IMG/VR virus record: IMGVR_UViG_3300038556_000043
Location: 19,736 to 83,735 of that record
Direction: 5' to 3' (one strand)
DNA: 64,000 nt
From: a virus
A program made the position numbers and the translations under genes. Every line of letters starts with the position of its first letter. Within the stretch, counting starts at the first letter, position 1. This document shows positions 1-9,539 of this stretch, one piece after another. The notes beneath the pieces are model-generated. The model saw only the letters and a program-made list of their open reading frames with translations. It had not been told where the DNA came from and searched no databases.

Positions 1-259
1 CCCGTTCTTTGGCTTTGGCTACTGGCCAGTAAGCAGCCGAAAGAACTACCAGATTTTTCACATCGGGATATTTGTTTTCCTGCCATGTGAGCCCCGAGCA
101 AAGCACCAGGTCATACTCAGAAGTATCCTCCGGAATCTGATCGTGCAAATGATGGTATTGCACATCAATGCCAGTCATGATTGACAGAACTTCGGCGGTA
201 CCGCTATCGTCCTGGTCCTTGTAGTAATGGATATACAATACATTGATTTCTTGTTTCAT
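1..259 (-). CDS. hypothetical protein, runs off window start (weak DHH-phosphoesterase-like N-terminus)
   Basis: Not in ORF track. ATG at 259 overlaps upstream TGA (ATGA); open to position 1: MKQEINVLYIHYYKDQDDSGTAEVLSIMTG... Confidence 0.7.
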   Translation of the reverse strand, partial: MKQEINVLYIHYYKDQDDSGTAEVLSIMTGIDVQYHHLHDQIPEDTSEYDLVLCSGLTWQENKYPDVKNLVVLSAAYWPVAKAKER

Positions 260-510
260 ACCAGTTCTTCTACGGATTTTTCGGTTTCTACAAACGTTTC
301 AATAAACTCTTGCACATCAAAGGAGAATCTTTGAATGCGATACCCGGCATACGGGGGATCTGGCTGCACTTCTTCCAATTTGAAGAACTGATCACCAGAT
401 AGCGGATTGCGATACAGCTTTACGGCCGTATATTCCTGCCCTTTCTTAATCCAGTTCTTCAACTGTACTTCATTCGGGCGGTGGGTGTCATCGATGCAAA
501 CTACTTTCAT
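256..510 (-). CDS. hypothetical phage protein
   Basis: 84-aa ORF in tightly packed minus-strand run. Confidence 0.75.
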   Translation of the reverse strand: MKVVCIDDTHRPNEVQLKNWIKKGQEYTAVKLYRNPLSGDQFFKLEEVQPDPPYAGYRIQRFSFDVQEFIETFVETEKSVEELV

Positions 511-511
511 C

Positions 512-919
512 TTATTTGACTACTTGAATTATTTCCATGTACAAGGTTTTTATCATTTCCCTTTCTTCGTTCTCTTTTTTGGTGTTGGCCATATCTGTTG
601 AACACATCAGCTTTTGGCTTACTTCTTCAACTTTCCAGTGTTGGGTAGAGACTTTGAAAGTGGCTACAACATAAAAATTACGATAATCAATCTCGGTTTC
701 GATTTTTATGTCTTTGTAGTCATAACCTTTGCCAATGGCATAGTCAATTCGCTGAACAAGCTTCTTTTTTGTTTCCTGATCCAACTCAAAAAAAATATCA
801 ATGAGTTTTCTTCTTTTGACATTGGCCTCTTTCAAACACGCATCAAGCTTTTCCTCGTCACTGAATGGTATTGGCATACCTTCCTGCAATTCATTGTAAA
901 TTTGATCTACTTCGTTCAT
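512..919 (-). CDS. hypothetical protein
   Basis: 135 aa, start/stop overlap with neighbours. Confidence 0.75.
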   Translation of the reverse strand: MNEVDQIYNELQEGMPIPFSDEEKLDACLKEANVKRRKLIDIFFELDQETKKKLVQRIDYAIGKGYDYKDIKIETEIDYRNFYVVATFKVSTQHWKVEEVSQKLMCSTDMANTKKENEEREMIKTLYMEIIQVVK

Positions 920-1206
920 CCGATTTTCCAGGTTAAGTGTCCTTTTTCAAACGCTTTTGCAATAACTATCCGTTGTTTTCGAAACGGTAACGAACGTAAA
1001 TGGGCTTGGTTCTTCTCATTCAACGCTGAGCAAAGCAACTCAATGGATTTGCGTTTTTGTATAACCTCACGCCTAAGAATCCAAACGGTACACCTTTGGC
1101 AGTTGTGGCCTTCAATGTCCTGCTCTTTCCATTCCTTGTACACTCCTCCGCAGCAGGAGCAAGTTCTGTTGCGTCCTATTGCGGTAGTTCTACTTATATT
1201 ATTCAT
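916..1206 (-). CDS. putative Zn-binding protein
   Basis: CSCC..CQRC cysteine pairs; overlapping start/stop. Confidence 0.65.
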   Translation of the reverse strand: MNNISRTTAIGRNRTCSCCGGVYKEWKEQDIEGHNCQRCTVWILRREVIQKRKSIELLCSALNEKNQAHLRSLPFRKQRIVIAKAFEKGHLTWKIG

Positions 1207-1651
1207 CTTTTTCGTTTTTAGTAGTTATTAATTTTTCCCATCCCGGGCTATGTCTGTTTAGCCATTCATTGAAAACGCTAAAAGAATCGGTAAACTCTCC
1301 CCAATTTTTTGAGTAGTTTGTAAAGTTTACAATTGCCCTAAATCCGTCGCTAGATACTTTTGAATCTTTCTTTCTGGAAAGCGTCAAAAATTTTGAAACT
1401 TGCTTAAAAGGATATTCAAGTCCAGAAAAATCATCCGGATTTGATATTTGCAAAGTTTTAGCACAGTCAAGACCAACTTGGAAAACAGTATTGCTTGAGT
1501 TTTTTATTTCAGCTATATTGGAAATGACCTTTCCGCAATTTTCGCAAGTAGTACCGTTGCCAGATAAAAAATCTCCCCTGTAAATGGAAAGAACCTCGTA
1601 TTTCTGATCCAAAAGCAAAGCTCTTTGAACAACTTTTTTGCTTTTTGTCAT
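1199..1651 (-). CDS. Zn-ribbon phage protein
   Basis: CENCGK...VGLDCA motif. Confidence 0.7.
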   Translation of the reverse strand: MTKSKKVVQRALLLDQKYEVLSIYRGDFLSGNGTTCENCGKVISNIAEIKNSSNTVFQVGLDCAKTLQISNPDDFSGLEYPFKQVSKFLTLSRKKDSKVSSDGFRAIVNFTNYSKNWGEFTDSFSVFNEWLNRHSPGWEKLITTKNEKDE

Positions 1652-1890
1652 AATAATACGTTGGTACTTACAGGTTCAATTACAAATTCACCTTCACCAG
1701 AATATCCTTGCGTTTGTTTCAGGTTTTGCAAGTTCCAAAACTGCTCTTCCGAGATTTCTTCGCTTTCTTTCTTTGATTGCAAACGACAAATCTCTAATGC
1801 ATACGAAAAATCGGTAGCCACGCCAATTATGTCGCGGCTGGCATACGAATGGTGTACATCGGTTTTGTACACTAAATAAATTTCATCCAT
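1648..1890 (-). CDS. hypothetical protein
   Basis: 80 aa, translationally coupled. Confidence 0.7.
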   Translation of the reverse strand: MDEIYLVYKTDVHHSYASRDIIGVATDFSYALEICRLQSKKESEEISEEQFWNLQNLKQTQGYSGEGEFVIEPVSTNVLL

Positions 1891-2149
1891 GTAAATCGTG
1901 GTAGTCTAAATGGTCGTATGGGTCAGAATCCGGATTTTCCGGATCTCGTTGATCAATCACAATCTGCTCGATCCTGGTGGTATCCCCTACCTTTTCGTTC
2001 AGGTACGCCCAGGTATCTTGCGTATGTGCGCCTTTTATCTCATTGTCAAACATCCAGTAATAGAACGAATCTGGTACTTTGTCGTAGGCAGTTCCCTTGT
2101 AAGGGCCCCACGAAATAGTATCTTTTGGATTTTGGTTTTCAAAGATCAT
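1883..2149 (-). CDS. DUF3820-like small domain protein
   Basis: WGPYKG...KVPDSFYYWM resembles the FGK(Y/H)KG...VP..YL.W motif. Confidence 0.6.
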   Translation of the reverse strand: MIFENQNPKDTISWGPYKGTAYDKVPDSFYYWMFDNEIKGAHTQDTWAYLNEKVGDTTRIEQIVIDQRDPENPDSDPYDHLDYHDLHG

Positions 2150-2619
2150 TACCAGTCTAAGATGTTATCGGTTGAGAATTCGATTGATTGGCCTTTCTTG
2201 GGTTCTATCATTGGCTCTACCGGATTGTATATCATTACTGGCGAATAGGAAAGCATTGTACGCTCAGTCACCAATTCCATTTCCTTTTTTCCGCTTGCTA
2301 TGGGCACATCTGGTATTTTGCAATAATCAATGGCCTTGCCAATGCCGGCAGCCAATCCAGCCACATGAATGAATGAAAAGCCTTCTTCTTTCATGTAGTC
2401 ATCCAGCGTTTCATTAGGCTTGAATTTCCTGCTCGCCAGTACCAGCAAATGAGTTCCGTAAAACTTTTGTATCGGCTCCGGCCATGGGTCTTTATCCATT
2501 TCCCAAGCAAAGAAGGCTTGCTCATGCTCCTGTATCTTGTTTTTGCTCACGGCAATAACCAGTTTCAGGTTAGGAGTTACATGCTCCTGGTATTCGGTAA
2601 TCTGATATTTAATTTCCAT
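2149..2619 (-). CDS. hypothetical protein
   Basis: 156 aa, coupled to neighbours. Confidence 0.7.
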   Translation of the reverse strand: MEIKYQITEYQEHVTPNLKLVIAVSKNKIQEHEQAFFAWEMDKDPWPEPIQKFYGTHLLVLASRKFKPNETLDDYMKEEGFSFIHVAGLAAGIGKAIDYCKIPDVPIASGKKEMELVTERTMLSYSPVMIYNPVEPMIEPKKGQSIEFSTDNILDW

Positions 2620-3079
2620 TGAGTTTTTCAGCTTCTAAGCGTTTTTCTTTGGATACCCTGTCACACCAATCATTTACCCAATTGCGTTTCGTCTTGGTGT
2701 GTTTATGGGCTTTTACATGGCGAAAACGGGTATGTTCTACTTGCAGATGGTACTCAACTGCTTCCAATGCTTGAAAAGCTTTTTCTGCATTGGATCCTTT
2801 TTTTGGCTTTTGAATGGCAAACATGGCAGACTTTGAATCGCTATTGATAACCAGCCAGGGTGAACGAATAAACTGGCCTTCTTTTGACAGCTTTTCCAAT
2901 GCCATTCTGATAGCAATAATTTCGGCTTCGTGACACGATTTCAAATTGAATCCATATCCGCTACCGAAAAACCGCTTATTTTCGCCATAGGTAATCCAGA
3001 AAGCGTATCCGTAGGTACCTTCCTTGTAGCTGGCGTCTGTATTAATGGTAACACAGCCAGCGGTATAAACCTGTTCCAT
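2609..3079 (-). CDS. rnhA: ribonuclease HI family protein
   Basis: INTDAS, HEAE, INSDS, HVKAH and N.WCD give the D-E-D-D catalytic set; start reassigned to MEQVY (3079) because the track start lies in a terminator U-tract. Confidence 0.85.
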   Translation of the reverse strand: MEQVYTAGCVTINTDASYKEGTYGYAFWITYGENKRFFGSGYGFNLKSCHEAEIIAIRMALEKLSKEGQFIRSPWLVINSDSKSAMFAIQKPKKGSNAEKAFQALEAVEYHLQVEHTRFRHVKAHKHTKTKRNWVNDWCDRVSKEKRLEAEKLNGN

Positions 3080-3109
3080 ATTGATTAATTTTCTTATAGG
3101 ATTGGACAT

Positions 3110-3147
3110 AAAAAACACCGGGGAACTTCTACCTAACCCGGTGTTTT
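3110..3147 (-). terminator. intrinsic terminator (bidirectional-looking)
   Basis: AAAACACCGGG-loop-CCCGGTGTTTTTT. Confidence 0.75.
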
Positions 3148-3352
3148 CCGCACATTACATTTGCATTAGGCTCCTTGAGCTGCTTGCAATAAATTAATTA
3201 GATATCCATATAGATTCATATTTGGTGAAAGAAAGGGACAAACCCAAACCACAAACAAGCAACAAAACCAAAAAAGCAACAAACTTACAATTGGATTTTT
3301 GGTACTAGAATGTGGGCAAACCACACACAATATTAATCAATTTTCTTATTGA

Positions 3353-3928
3353 TTAAATAAAGCCGTAGGAATTTCTTTGCCTTTCGTACCAGAATGTATT
3401 ACCCAATGTATCTGTTTCGTACATCTTATGATTATACCTAAACATTCTTTCCATGCAAACCTCCCTGTTTGTTTCAAAGTAATGCTTATAAGAATATCGC
3501 AATACCTGCAATCGCCAGAAAAGAACGTGATGCTTTATATCCATAAACCAAATCTTATCCCCTTGCTTATGGTAAATGGGCTTCTCCAAAGGGCTGTAAT
3601 ATCTATCGGTTATGATTGCTCGCATCCTGCGTTGGTCTTCTGCCTTTCTTTTTTCCTCAAAATGATTTTTTCTGAATTCCTTTAATCCAGACGGATCAAA
3701 AAATATTCTGTACAATTCAATCTCAGTTGGAGTTTCATCTTCAAAACGCATATACATCTTTCGATGGTCACCGTCAGCCATTACTATGTAGTGAATAGCA
3801 TTGTCGTCATCAAAAAGCTGCAAGCCGGCATTTAGATGAATACCGGTTTGAATCATATCCTGATCATCGGCAAACAACTGGCGAAGCAGATTAAGCTTCA
3901 TCTGGGCAATTTCCTCATGATTTTCCAT
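3353..3928 (-). CDS. hypothetical protein
   Basis: Likely start MENHEE (3928), overlapping upstream stop. Confidence 0.7.
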   Translation of the reverse strand: MENHEEIAQMKLNLLRQLFADDQDMIQTGIHLNAGLQLFDDDNAIHYIVMADGDHRKMYMRFEDETPTEIELYRIFFDPSGLKEFRKNHFEEKRKAEDQRRMRAIITDRYYSPLEKPIYHKQGDKIWFMDIKHHVLFWRLQVLRYSYKHYFETNREVCMERMFRYNHKMYETDTLGNTFWYERQRNSYGFI

Positions 3929-4334
3929 AATGCTCCAAAATGTAATCCTGCATCCATTGAATGCGTTTTTCAAAAGATTCAAAAAGCTTATCCCAATGAA
4001 TTTCTTGCCAATTCACGTGCATATCATATGGGCAATCAAAAACGTAGCCTTGGTAATTTTTTTGTTTTTGTAATGCCAAATCAATGACTGTGTACACTTC
4101 CGCAGATTTGCTTTTTCTGTGAATATGGTAACAAATTCCGTGTTGCATTGCGTTGTTTTCCAAAAACTTTTCAACAACACTTCCTGACACTTCATTTTGT
4201 TGAAACCATTTTAGGTTTTCGTAAGCATTCTGGTAATCAGCCAAAGCCATGCGCATATAATCTATGAGCTCCAATTTTTTTTCTTGTTTTTCAAGACTGA
4301 GTTGGTTATCTATTTGGGTGTCTTTAATTTCCAT
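3915..4334 (-). CDS. hypothetical protein
   Basis: Likely start MEIKDT (4334). Confidence 0.7.
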   Translation of the reverse strand: MEIKDTQIDNQLSLEKQEKKLELIDYMRMALADYQNAYENLKWFQQNEVSGSVVEKFLENNAMQHGICYHIHRKSKSAEVYTVIDLALQKQKNYQGYVFDCPYDMHVNWQEIHWDKLFESFEKRIQWMQDYILEHYGKS

Positions 4335-4503
4335 CGGTTTTTTGTTTTTCGAGTAATGGGCCGCCATACAATAGTAAATTTTCGCGTTCGGCAAGCTCCC
4401 TGGCTTTCCTTAGCGCATCCTTTTCGCAATCGGTTGTAAACCGGTGCCAGACAAGCGTACCTGGCCCCGGTTTTTGTTTGAATGCCGCTACGTATTTTTG
4501 CAT
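4324..4503 (-). CDS. small hypothetical protein
   Basis: MQKYVAAFKQ..., TAATG coupling at 4503. Confidence 0.65.
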   Translation of the reverse strand: MQKYVAAFKQKPGPGTLVWHRFTTDCEKDALRKARELAERENLLLYGGPLLEKQKTDGN

Positions 4504-4664
4504 TATCCTGTGCGGTTGTGAAAACATTCTTCCAGCATTTCTAATCTTTCCGGATCAATCGTTTCCAATTTGACCAGTTCGCAAAGCTTATCGACCAAAT
4601 CCAATTGCTCCTCTTCGGGCAGCTGCAGAAAGTTCCATACGATTCTGTTTGCTTCTTCGCTCAT
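4503..4664 (-). CDS. 53-aa hypothetical protein (not in track)
   Basis: MSEEANRIVWNFLQLPEEEQLDLVDKLCELV...; ATGA and TAATG overlaps on both sides. Confidence 0.7.
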   Translation of the reverse strand: MSEEANRIVWNFLQLPEEEQLDLVDKLCELVKLETIDPERLEMLEECFHNRTG

Positions 4665-4984
4665 ATCGAGTAGGTAAACTCAATTTTTTTGACTTTGCGC
4701 CATTGCAGATGCTTCTCATTGTTGAGCGCATCTACGATTGCTGTACCGTTCTCAAAACAGCTTTCTATGTTGTTTCCGGAAGAATTCAGGGAAAGAATAG
4801 AAGCATTGGTCAGCGAAACCAAAGAGTAATACTCTCCGGTGTTATTGCTAAAGTCTTCCTGGAAATACACAACCATGTACAAATCTATTTCATCGTGTCT
4901 TATCACTTCCACAAGATCAGAGGTCAGCAGTTTTGTGACTTCTTCCTTTATAGGCACTACTTTGAATTTTTTTTCTGTACTCAT
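4661..4984 (-). CDS. hypothetical protein
   Basis: Likely start MSTEKK (4984). Confidence 0.65.
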   Translation of the reverse strand: MSTEKKFKVVPIKEEVTKLLTSDLVEVIRHDEIDLYMVVYFQEDFSNNTGEYYSLVSLTNASILSLNSSGNNIESCFENGTAIVDALNNEKHLQWRKVKKIEFTYSI

Positions 4985-4994
4985 GATCAATTGG

Positions 4995-5357
4995 TTAAAA
5001 ATGTTTCTCGATATATTCAGCAAGGGATTCAAATGTTTCTCCCCGGTCATTTATGGCCGAAAGCGTAGACTCCATTTGATAGGTAATTCCTGACCATTCC
5101 TCTACTTCTGTAGTAGGGAAACAAGCCACGCCAATTCGTTTTGTCTTGAACAAATCCGGTACTCCCTTAAAAGCAGAGGCTTTAATCCATTCTGCTTTGC
5201 GTTTACTTTGCTTCAAATACAAATCACAAAGCACTCCAAGCACACAATAGCAATCATTGCATTTAAGGTAGTTCTTACCTTGCGTGTACTCACCGGATCG
5301 TAAAGAATGAACCCAGAGTTGTTTTACCTCCGGGTTTATTTTCTGAGTTTCTTCCAT
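4995..5357 (-). CDS. conserved phage hypothetical protein
   Basis: W..SLRSGEYTQG..YL....CYCVLGVLCD motif common in phage early proteins. Confidence 0.75.
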   Translation of the reverse strand: MEETQKINPEVKQLWVHSLRSGEYTQGKNYLKCNDCYCVLGVLCDLYLKQSKRKAEWIKASAFKGVPDLFKTKRIGVACFPTTEVEEWSGITYQMESTLSAINDRGETFESLAEYIEKHF

Positions 5358-5363
5358 CAGCGT

Positions 5364-5534
5364 TTATTCTTTTTTTGATTCGATACATTCACCCAGATAC
5401 AAAAAGCCGCCGCAAACAATGGCAACGAAAAATCTTGAAAACCATTTCTCGTCGCCAGTTGACACGTAAATAAGGCAGTTGACTATAGCTATCACATAAT
5501 TGAATAGCAAAAACGCTTTCAATAAGAACTTCAT
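5364..5534 (-). CDS. 56-aa two-TM membrane protein (not in track)
   Basis: MKFLLKAFLLFNYVIAIVNCLIYVSTGDEKWFSRFFVAIVCGGFLYLG... Confidence 0.65.
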   Translation of the reverse strand: MKFLLKAFLLFNYVIAIVNCLIYVSTGDEKWFSRFFVAIVCGGFLYLGECIESKKE

Positions 5535-5548
5535 ATCAATCAATTTTC

Positions 5549-5824
5549 TTATTTCTCAAAGACAATAATAACGTCTGAATACGTCCATGACTCACTACCG
5601 TATGTGGCTGTGATTGTATTAGCTACTTTGTATCCTTTGGTTCGGTATTGCACAATATCTTTTCGAATTTGTTGCCGCGCAACATCGGCATTTTGTGTGC
5701 TGAAAAAATACGATTGCGTAATAACCGAATGTGCCGGTTGCTGTTGTTTTGTAACGGCTGCAATGCAAAAGATTGACGCCAGAATCAAAATGCAGAGGAT
5801 ACTATTTTTCGTGTTAATTTTCAT
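5549..5824 (-). CDS. signal-peptide/membrane-anchored small protein
   Basis: N-terminal hydrophobic stretch ILCILILASIFCIAAV. Confidence 0.7.
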   Translation of the reverse strand: MKINTKNSILCILILASIFCIAAVTKQQQPAHSVITQSYFFSTQNADVARQQIRKDIVQYRTKGYKVANTITATYGSESWTYSDVIIVFEK

Positions 5825-6242
5825 TGGATTGGATTGCGTTTAATTGTTCACGTTTGATTTTGACAAAAGCCAGAATGTTTTCGGCCACATCTTCTTTTGT
5901 GGCTAAAACATCCAGCTCTTTTTTACTAAATCTGATTCCTAAAAAGTTTGGCATAAAAAGATTGTCGTATTGATACGTATTTAAGCCAAACCATACTTTA
6001 CCAACCGAAGTTGTTCCCATATCCGGAGAAGTGATGTCTTCAATACTGTTTCCCGAAAATCGAAACTTATCCGGCCATACAATAGGCAGTTCTCCCATGG
6101 CACAACCTGCGGTTCCACAGCTTTGAAATCCATCATCAAAATTCCTGTTGTAAAATGCAAAGTCAAATTGCTGATGACCAAGTTTGCCGTTAAGCAAATG
6201 ATCGGCTAGTTTTTCAAGCCGTTCCAAGTGAAATTCTTGCAT
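5814..6242 (-). CDS. conserved phage protein with CGTAGC motif
   Basis: FDFAFY...SCGTAGCAMG. Confidence 0.75.
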   Translation of the reverse strand: MQEFHLERLEKLADHLLNGKLGHQQFDFAFYNRNFDDGFQSCGTAGCAMGELPIVWPDKFRFSGNSIEDITSPDMGTTSVGKVWFGLNTYQYDNLFMPNFLGIRFSKKELDVLATKEDVAENILAFVKIKREQLNAIQSNEN

Positions 6243-6245
6243 GAT

Positions 6246-6344
6246 TTAAAACCAGAAGGTTTGAGTTAACAATTCGAATATGAATTTTATTGTCCAGTAC
6301 AATACATTACCTATTGTCTGGAGGATCCTTTTTAGGATTTTCAT
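6246..6344 (-). CDS. 32-aa amphipathic peptide (not in track)
   Basis: MKILKRILQTIGNVLYWTIKFIFELLTQTFWF fills the gap between two genes. Confidence 0.55.
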   Translation of the reverse strand: MKILKRILQTIGNVLYWTIKFIFELLTQTFWF

Positions 6345-6355
6345 TGACTGGCGAG

Positions 6356-7075
6356 TTAGAGATAGGAAAGGACTTTTGCGCGTAGATCAGCCGTAGAGAA
6401 TGCTTTGCCCCAAACGCCTTCCTGGTATATACAGCAAGCCCTTCCTTCCGAGCTGTGGATATACATTAAATCCGTTCGGTAATCGTAATGAAATTCTAGC
6501 TTTGTATTAGCGGTATAAATCTTAGGTTTTGCTGCGCAGGTTTCAAACGAACAACCTGGTTTAAATCCTCTAATCAAAGCTTGCTTTTCCAAATGTTGTT
6601 TGATTTCATCCGCATTTGCCAGTTCATACCAATGTACCTGTTGATGCGCTATATAACCGTCTCCTGTTGTCGCATTGTAATCGAGAATAAAGCCTTGTTC
6701 GTTAAAGGCATTGATTCGTATTGGTCCCTCTGGGAAATTCTTGTATTTAACCCATTTGCCAACAAAAGAAGCCTCGTGGCGCAACTCTTTCTGTTTTTTA
6801 AGGTTTTCCAAGTACAATTCCCGATCAATCTGCGCAGCAATCAAAGCGCCGGCCACTACCAGTTTTTGCAAATAGGATTTATTGTCTACCTTTTCTTTAA
6901 AGCTTTTGTTCCAGAAGCGCGGCCAATCAAATACGGTAGGTGAAAGGCAATACCTGGCAGCATGCAAGAGTTCTTCATTGTTGTAATCGGCATCATTGGC
7001 AATATTGAAGCCATGCTTTTCAATTTGCTCCATACGTTCGGCTCCGATTAACTGTACCCCTATTGTGTATTTCAT
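6356..7075 (-). CDS. conserved phage protein (ER..QI..HG...EL..AA...WP...GALIAA.IDR family) with C-terminal extension
   Basis: Motif recognised in N-terminal 90 aa. Confidence 0.75.
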   Translation of the reverse strand: MKYTIGVQLIGAERMEQIEKHGFNIANDADYNNEELLHAARYCLSPTVFDWPRFWNKSFKEKVDNKSYLQKLVVAGALIAAQIDRELYLENLKKQKELRHEASFVGKWVKYKNFPEGPIRINAFNEQGFILDYNATTGDGYIAHQQVHWYELANADEIKQHLEKQALIRGFKPGCSFETCAAKPKIYTANTKLEFHYDYRTDLMYIHSSEGRACCIYQEGVWGKAFSTADLRAKVLSYL

Positions 7076-7095
7076 AAATAGTATGTTTTGAAAGT

Positions 7096-7464
7096 TTACG
7101 ATTGATTTTCAGGCTCTTTGAGTTTGTCTTTTGAAAACTCTTCAAATACCAACTGGCCTTTGCAATACTGGTAAAGACCGCCCACAAGATGGTATTTGAA
7201 TGGGTCTTCTTCTTTGTTTACAATCTCAAAATGCAAATCCGGATGCTCTTTGGATTGCCTTATGAAAGCTGGCCAGAGCGTTTTTGCAAAATGCCAGTCC
7301 TTGCATTGGATGCTATGAATGTCGAAATACTCATTCAACTCTCTTACGATTGCGCTTTCAATAGCTTGATATTCATCCATACTGATTTCCGACTCCTTTA
7401 CTTCGCCAGTATCAGTTTTTTCTTCCCTGTAGATGAACATTTCTAAATGATACCAATTAGCCAT
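7096..7464 (-). CDS. hypothetical protein (possible ferredoxin-like fold)
   Basis: 122 aa; W...SKEHPDLHFEI...EED pattern. Confidence 0.7.
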   Translation of the reverse strand: MANWYHLEMFIYREEKTDTGEVKESEISMDEYQAIESAIVRELNEYFDIHSIQCKDWHFAKTLWPAFIRQSKEHPDLHFEIVNKEEDPFKYHLVGGLYQYCKGQLVFEEFSKDKLKEPENQS

Positions 7465-7479
7465 AAATAGTATGTTTTG

Positions 7480-7923
7480 TTATTGAATAAGACTATAAAT
7501 CATGGTTTTAAGCATTTCTGCTTCTACTCTGGTACTTACATCGGCAATGCACCGTTTTGTACCATCCGAATGAGTGGCATACAAACTCCAAAATTCGGCT
7601 TCATTGGCCGCTACCACTTCGACAATTCTTTCTTCGCCTTTCTCGTAAGAGCGCACCGGTTGGATGATCAACTCTGTCCAAATCGAATCTTCATGATCAA
7701 ACTCGTAAAACCCTGGCAAATCGTTTACATGGATCTCAGGGCTTTCCAGATAGATTATCATGGCCGAATAGTTGGTTTCGGTATTCTGGTTTTCGGAGCA
7801 AACATTAAACTTGATATCCAATACACTTGCTTGGTCAAGCGTATTTAGAAAATTGTTTACACTCTTTTCTAAATACGCATCGGTCCCGCTACTGAGTATT
7901 TTTACTTTCTTTTTGAGTCTCAT
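7480..7923 (-). CDS. hypothetical protein
   Basis: 147 aa. Confidence 0.7.
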   Translation of the reverse strand: MRLKKKVKILSSGTDAYLEKSVNNFLNTLDQASVLDIKFNVCSENQNTETNYSAMIIYLESPEIHVNDLPGFYEFDHEDSIWTELIIQPVRSYEKGEERIVEVVAANEAEFWSLYATHSDGTKRCIADVSTRVEAEMLKTMIYSLIQ

Positions 7924-7974
7924 AAATCAATTTTGTATATGATTTTTTTTAGTTTGCAAATACACGATCTTAAT

Positions 7975-8364
7975 TTAGTTTGCCCTTGTTTTTTGGCTTT
8001 GCTTCAAATGGGCATCCATTAGCTTGAAAGCGTTTTCAATGGCCATCATTCTGGCTTGCTCCCTGGTGGTACCTACTCCTTCCGTTTTTGTTTCAAACAG
8101 CTTCCAGACAAAGTATTTGATTCGGTTAGGTGTCCTAGCCGGATAAACGGATATCAGTATTTGATTTTCATCAAAAAAATCCTCCAGGTAGCCTATTACT
8201 GCTGCCAAATCGGTTTGGTTGAGAAGCTTTATAAAATCTCCGGTAGGTATTGTTCTTTGCTTTTGCGAAAGAAGGCTTGAGTTCCTTGCGTAAGTAAAAA
8301 ACATCAAAAAGGGATGAGGATATTTCTTAAATATCTCATCCCATTGGGGGATCTGCTTTTCCAT
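7975..8364 (-). CDS. hypothetical protein
   Basis: 129 aa. Confidence 0.7.
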   Translation of the reverse strand: MEKQIPQWDEIFKKYPHPFLMFFTYARNSSLLSQKQRTIPTGDFIKLLNQTDLAAVIGYLEDFFDENQILISVYPARTPNRIKYFVWKLFETKTEGVGTTREQARMMAIENAFKLMDAHLKQSQKTRAN

Positions 8365-8379
8365 AGCTGTGTGTTTTCT

Positions 8380-8730
8380 TTATTTTTCCTTTTTATACCA
8401 TTTTATAAAATCAACTACGCATTCAAAAACCATTTGGATTTTGGTTTTATTCAAAATACTGATGCAGTTGATCAACCTGCCGTTATAATAGGCGCGACAT
8501 ATATTAGATTCAATCTTTATGCTGCAAAAACTGCCTCCCTGCAAAGACTCGATCTTTTGCACTACCGGCATCAAATGGTTCCAATCGGTATTGTAAAGCA
8601 GATAATTAATATCTCCCCGTATACCTGTTTGAGCAACCGGATCAAACATCGGAAAAGCGCCTTCAATTAGTTCAATGCCCATGAAAGCGGCAACAACCTT
8701 TTTGGCTTCATTTATTTGCTCTTGCGTCAT
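8380..8730 (-). CDS. Bacteroidota-phage conserved protein
   Basis: AAFMG...YNTDWNHLMPVVQKIE motif. Confidence 0.75.
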   Translation of the reverse strand: MTQEQINEAKKVVAAFMGIELIEGAFPMFDPVAQTGIRGDINYLLYNTDWNHLMPVVQKIESLQGGSFCSIKIESNICRAYYNGRLINCISILNKTKIQMVFECVVDFIKWYKKEK

Positions 8731-9281
8731 ACATCAATTTCTTTTAGGATTCTGGCCAGTTTTTCGAACGCTTTTAATCTTTCCAGCAAATCTTGGTCCG
8801 GCATATCGTATAAATCACTATATTCCAGTTTTGTGATCGCTTTTTTTACCTGATACATTTTCTTAGGATCGTTATTGGTTTTTTCTCCAATAACTTCCCC
8901 AAAATAATTCATTGCATCGCCCAGATCGCGGGTATTGAGCATGTACTTGAGAATAGGATACAAGTTGCTCTGTCTCATGCTGTCAATGGCTCCTTCGAAT
9001 TTTACCAGGTCATGACTTTCGAAATTCAAAGCTTTTGCCCTGAATACTACATCATCAATATTGTTTTTGTCCAGGTTTTTGCCAGCAATTTCCTGTATTG
9101 TGCAAGTGGCTGCACACCCGTAGCAGATGCCATTGTGGGCGGCTCCAAATGAGGTAAAGTAAAACTTGAAGTCTTCTCTTTCCATTTGATTTTTGATGCC
9201 ATTGACCATAGCCTCAATAGCCTTGTGGATTTTTCCATCCAGGAGCTCACGAATGGTTTTGGTTTCTGTTAATGTTTCCAT
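8727..9281 (-). CDS. CxGCAATC family paralog 1
   Basis: FTSFG...ICYGCAATC; start reassigned to METLTE (9281), downstream of a terminator. Confidence 0.8.
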   Translation of the reverse strand: METLTETKTIRELLDGKIHKAIEAMVNGIKNQMEREDFKFYFTSFGAAHNGICYGCAATCTIQEIAGKNLDKNNIDDVVFRAKALNFESHDLVKFEGAIDSMRQSNLYPILKYMLNTRDLGDAMNYFGEVIGEKTNNDPKKMYQVKKAITKLEYSDLYDMPDQDLLERLKAFEKLARILKEIDV

Positions 9282-9287
9282 TGGAGT

Positions 9288-9317
9288 AAAAAGAAAAAAC
9301 CCAGGCAATGACCCGGG
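9288..9317 (-). terminator. intrinsic terminator
   Basis: CCCGGG-TCATTG-CCTGGG-TTTTTTCTTTTT. Confidence 0.7.
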
Positions 9318-9338
9318 CGAAGTGGAAAATAGTATGTT

Positions 9339-9539
9339 TTATTGTATCCAGGTTAAGCAATCCTGTGTTTCGCATTTACCTGCTGTGTGACCGTTGGAGG
9401 ATTTGTTGTAAAACAGCTTTCCACCGCATTTAGGGCAAACAATACTGCCGGTAGCAGTTGGCTCTTTGCGTATCAATGACAATGCATTAAGCGTATAGCT
9501 AATAGCCCTTACATGAGTATTACTCAGTTCTGTGTTCAT
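9339..9539 (-). CDS. small Zn-finger protein
   Basis: CPKCGG...NGH...KC...DCLTW. Confidence 0.75.
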   Translation of the reverse strand: MNTELSNTHVRAISYTLNALSLIRKEPTATGSIVCPKCGGKLFYNKSSNGHTAGKCETQDCLTWIQ

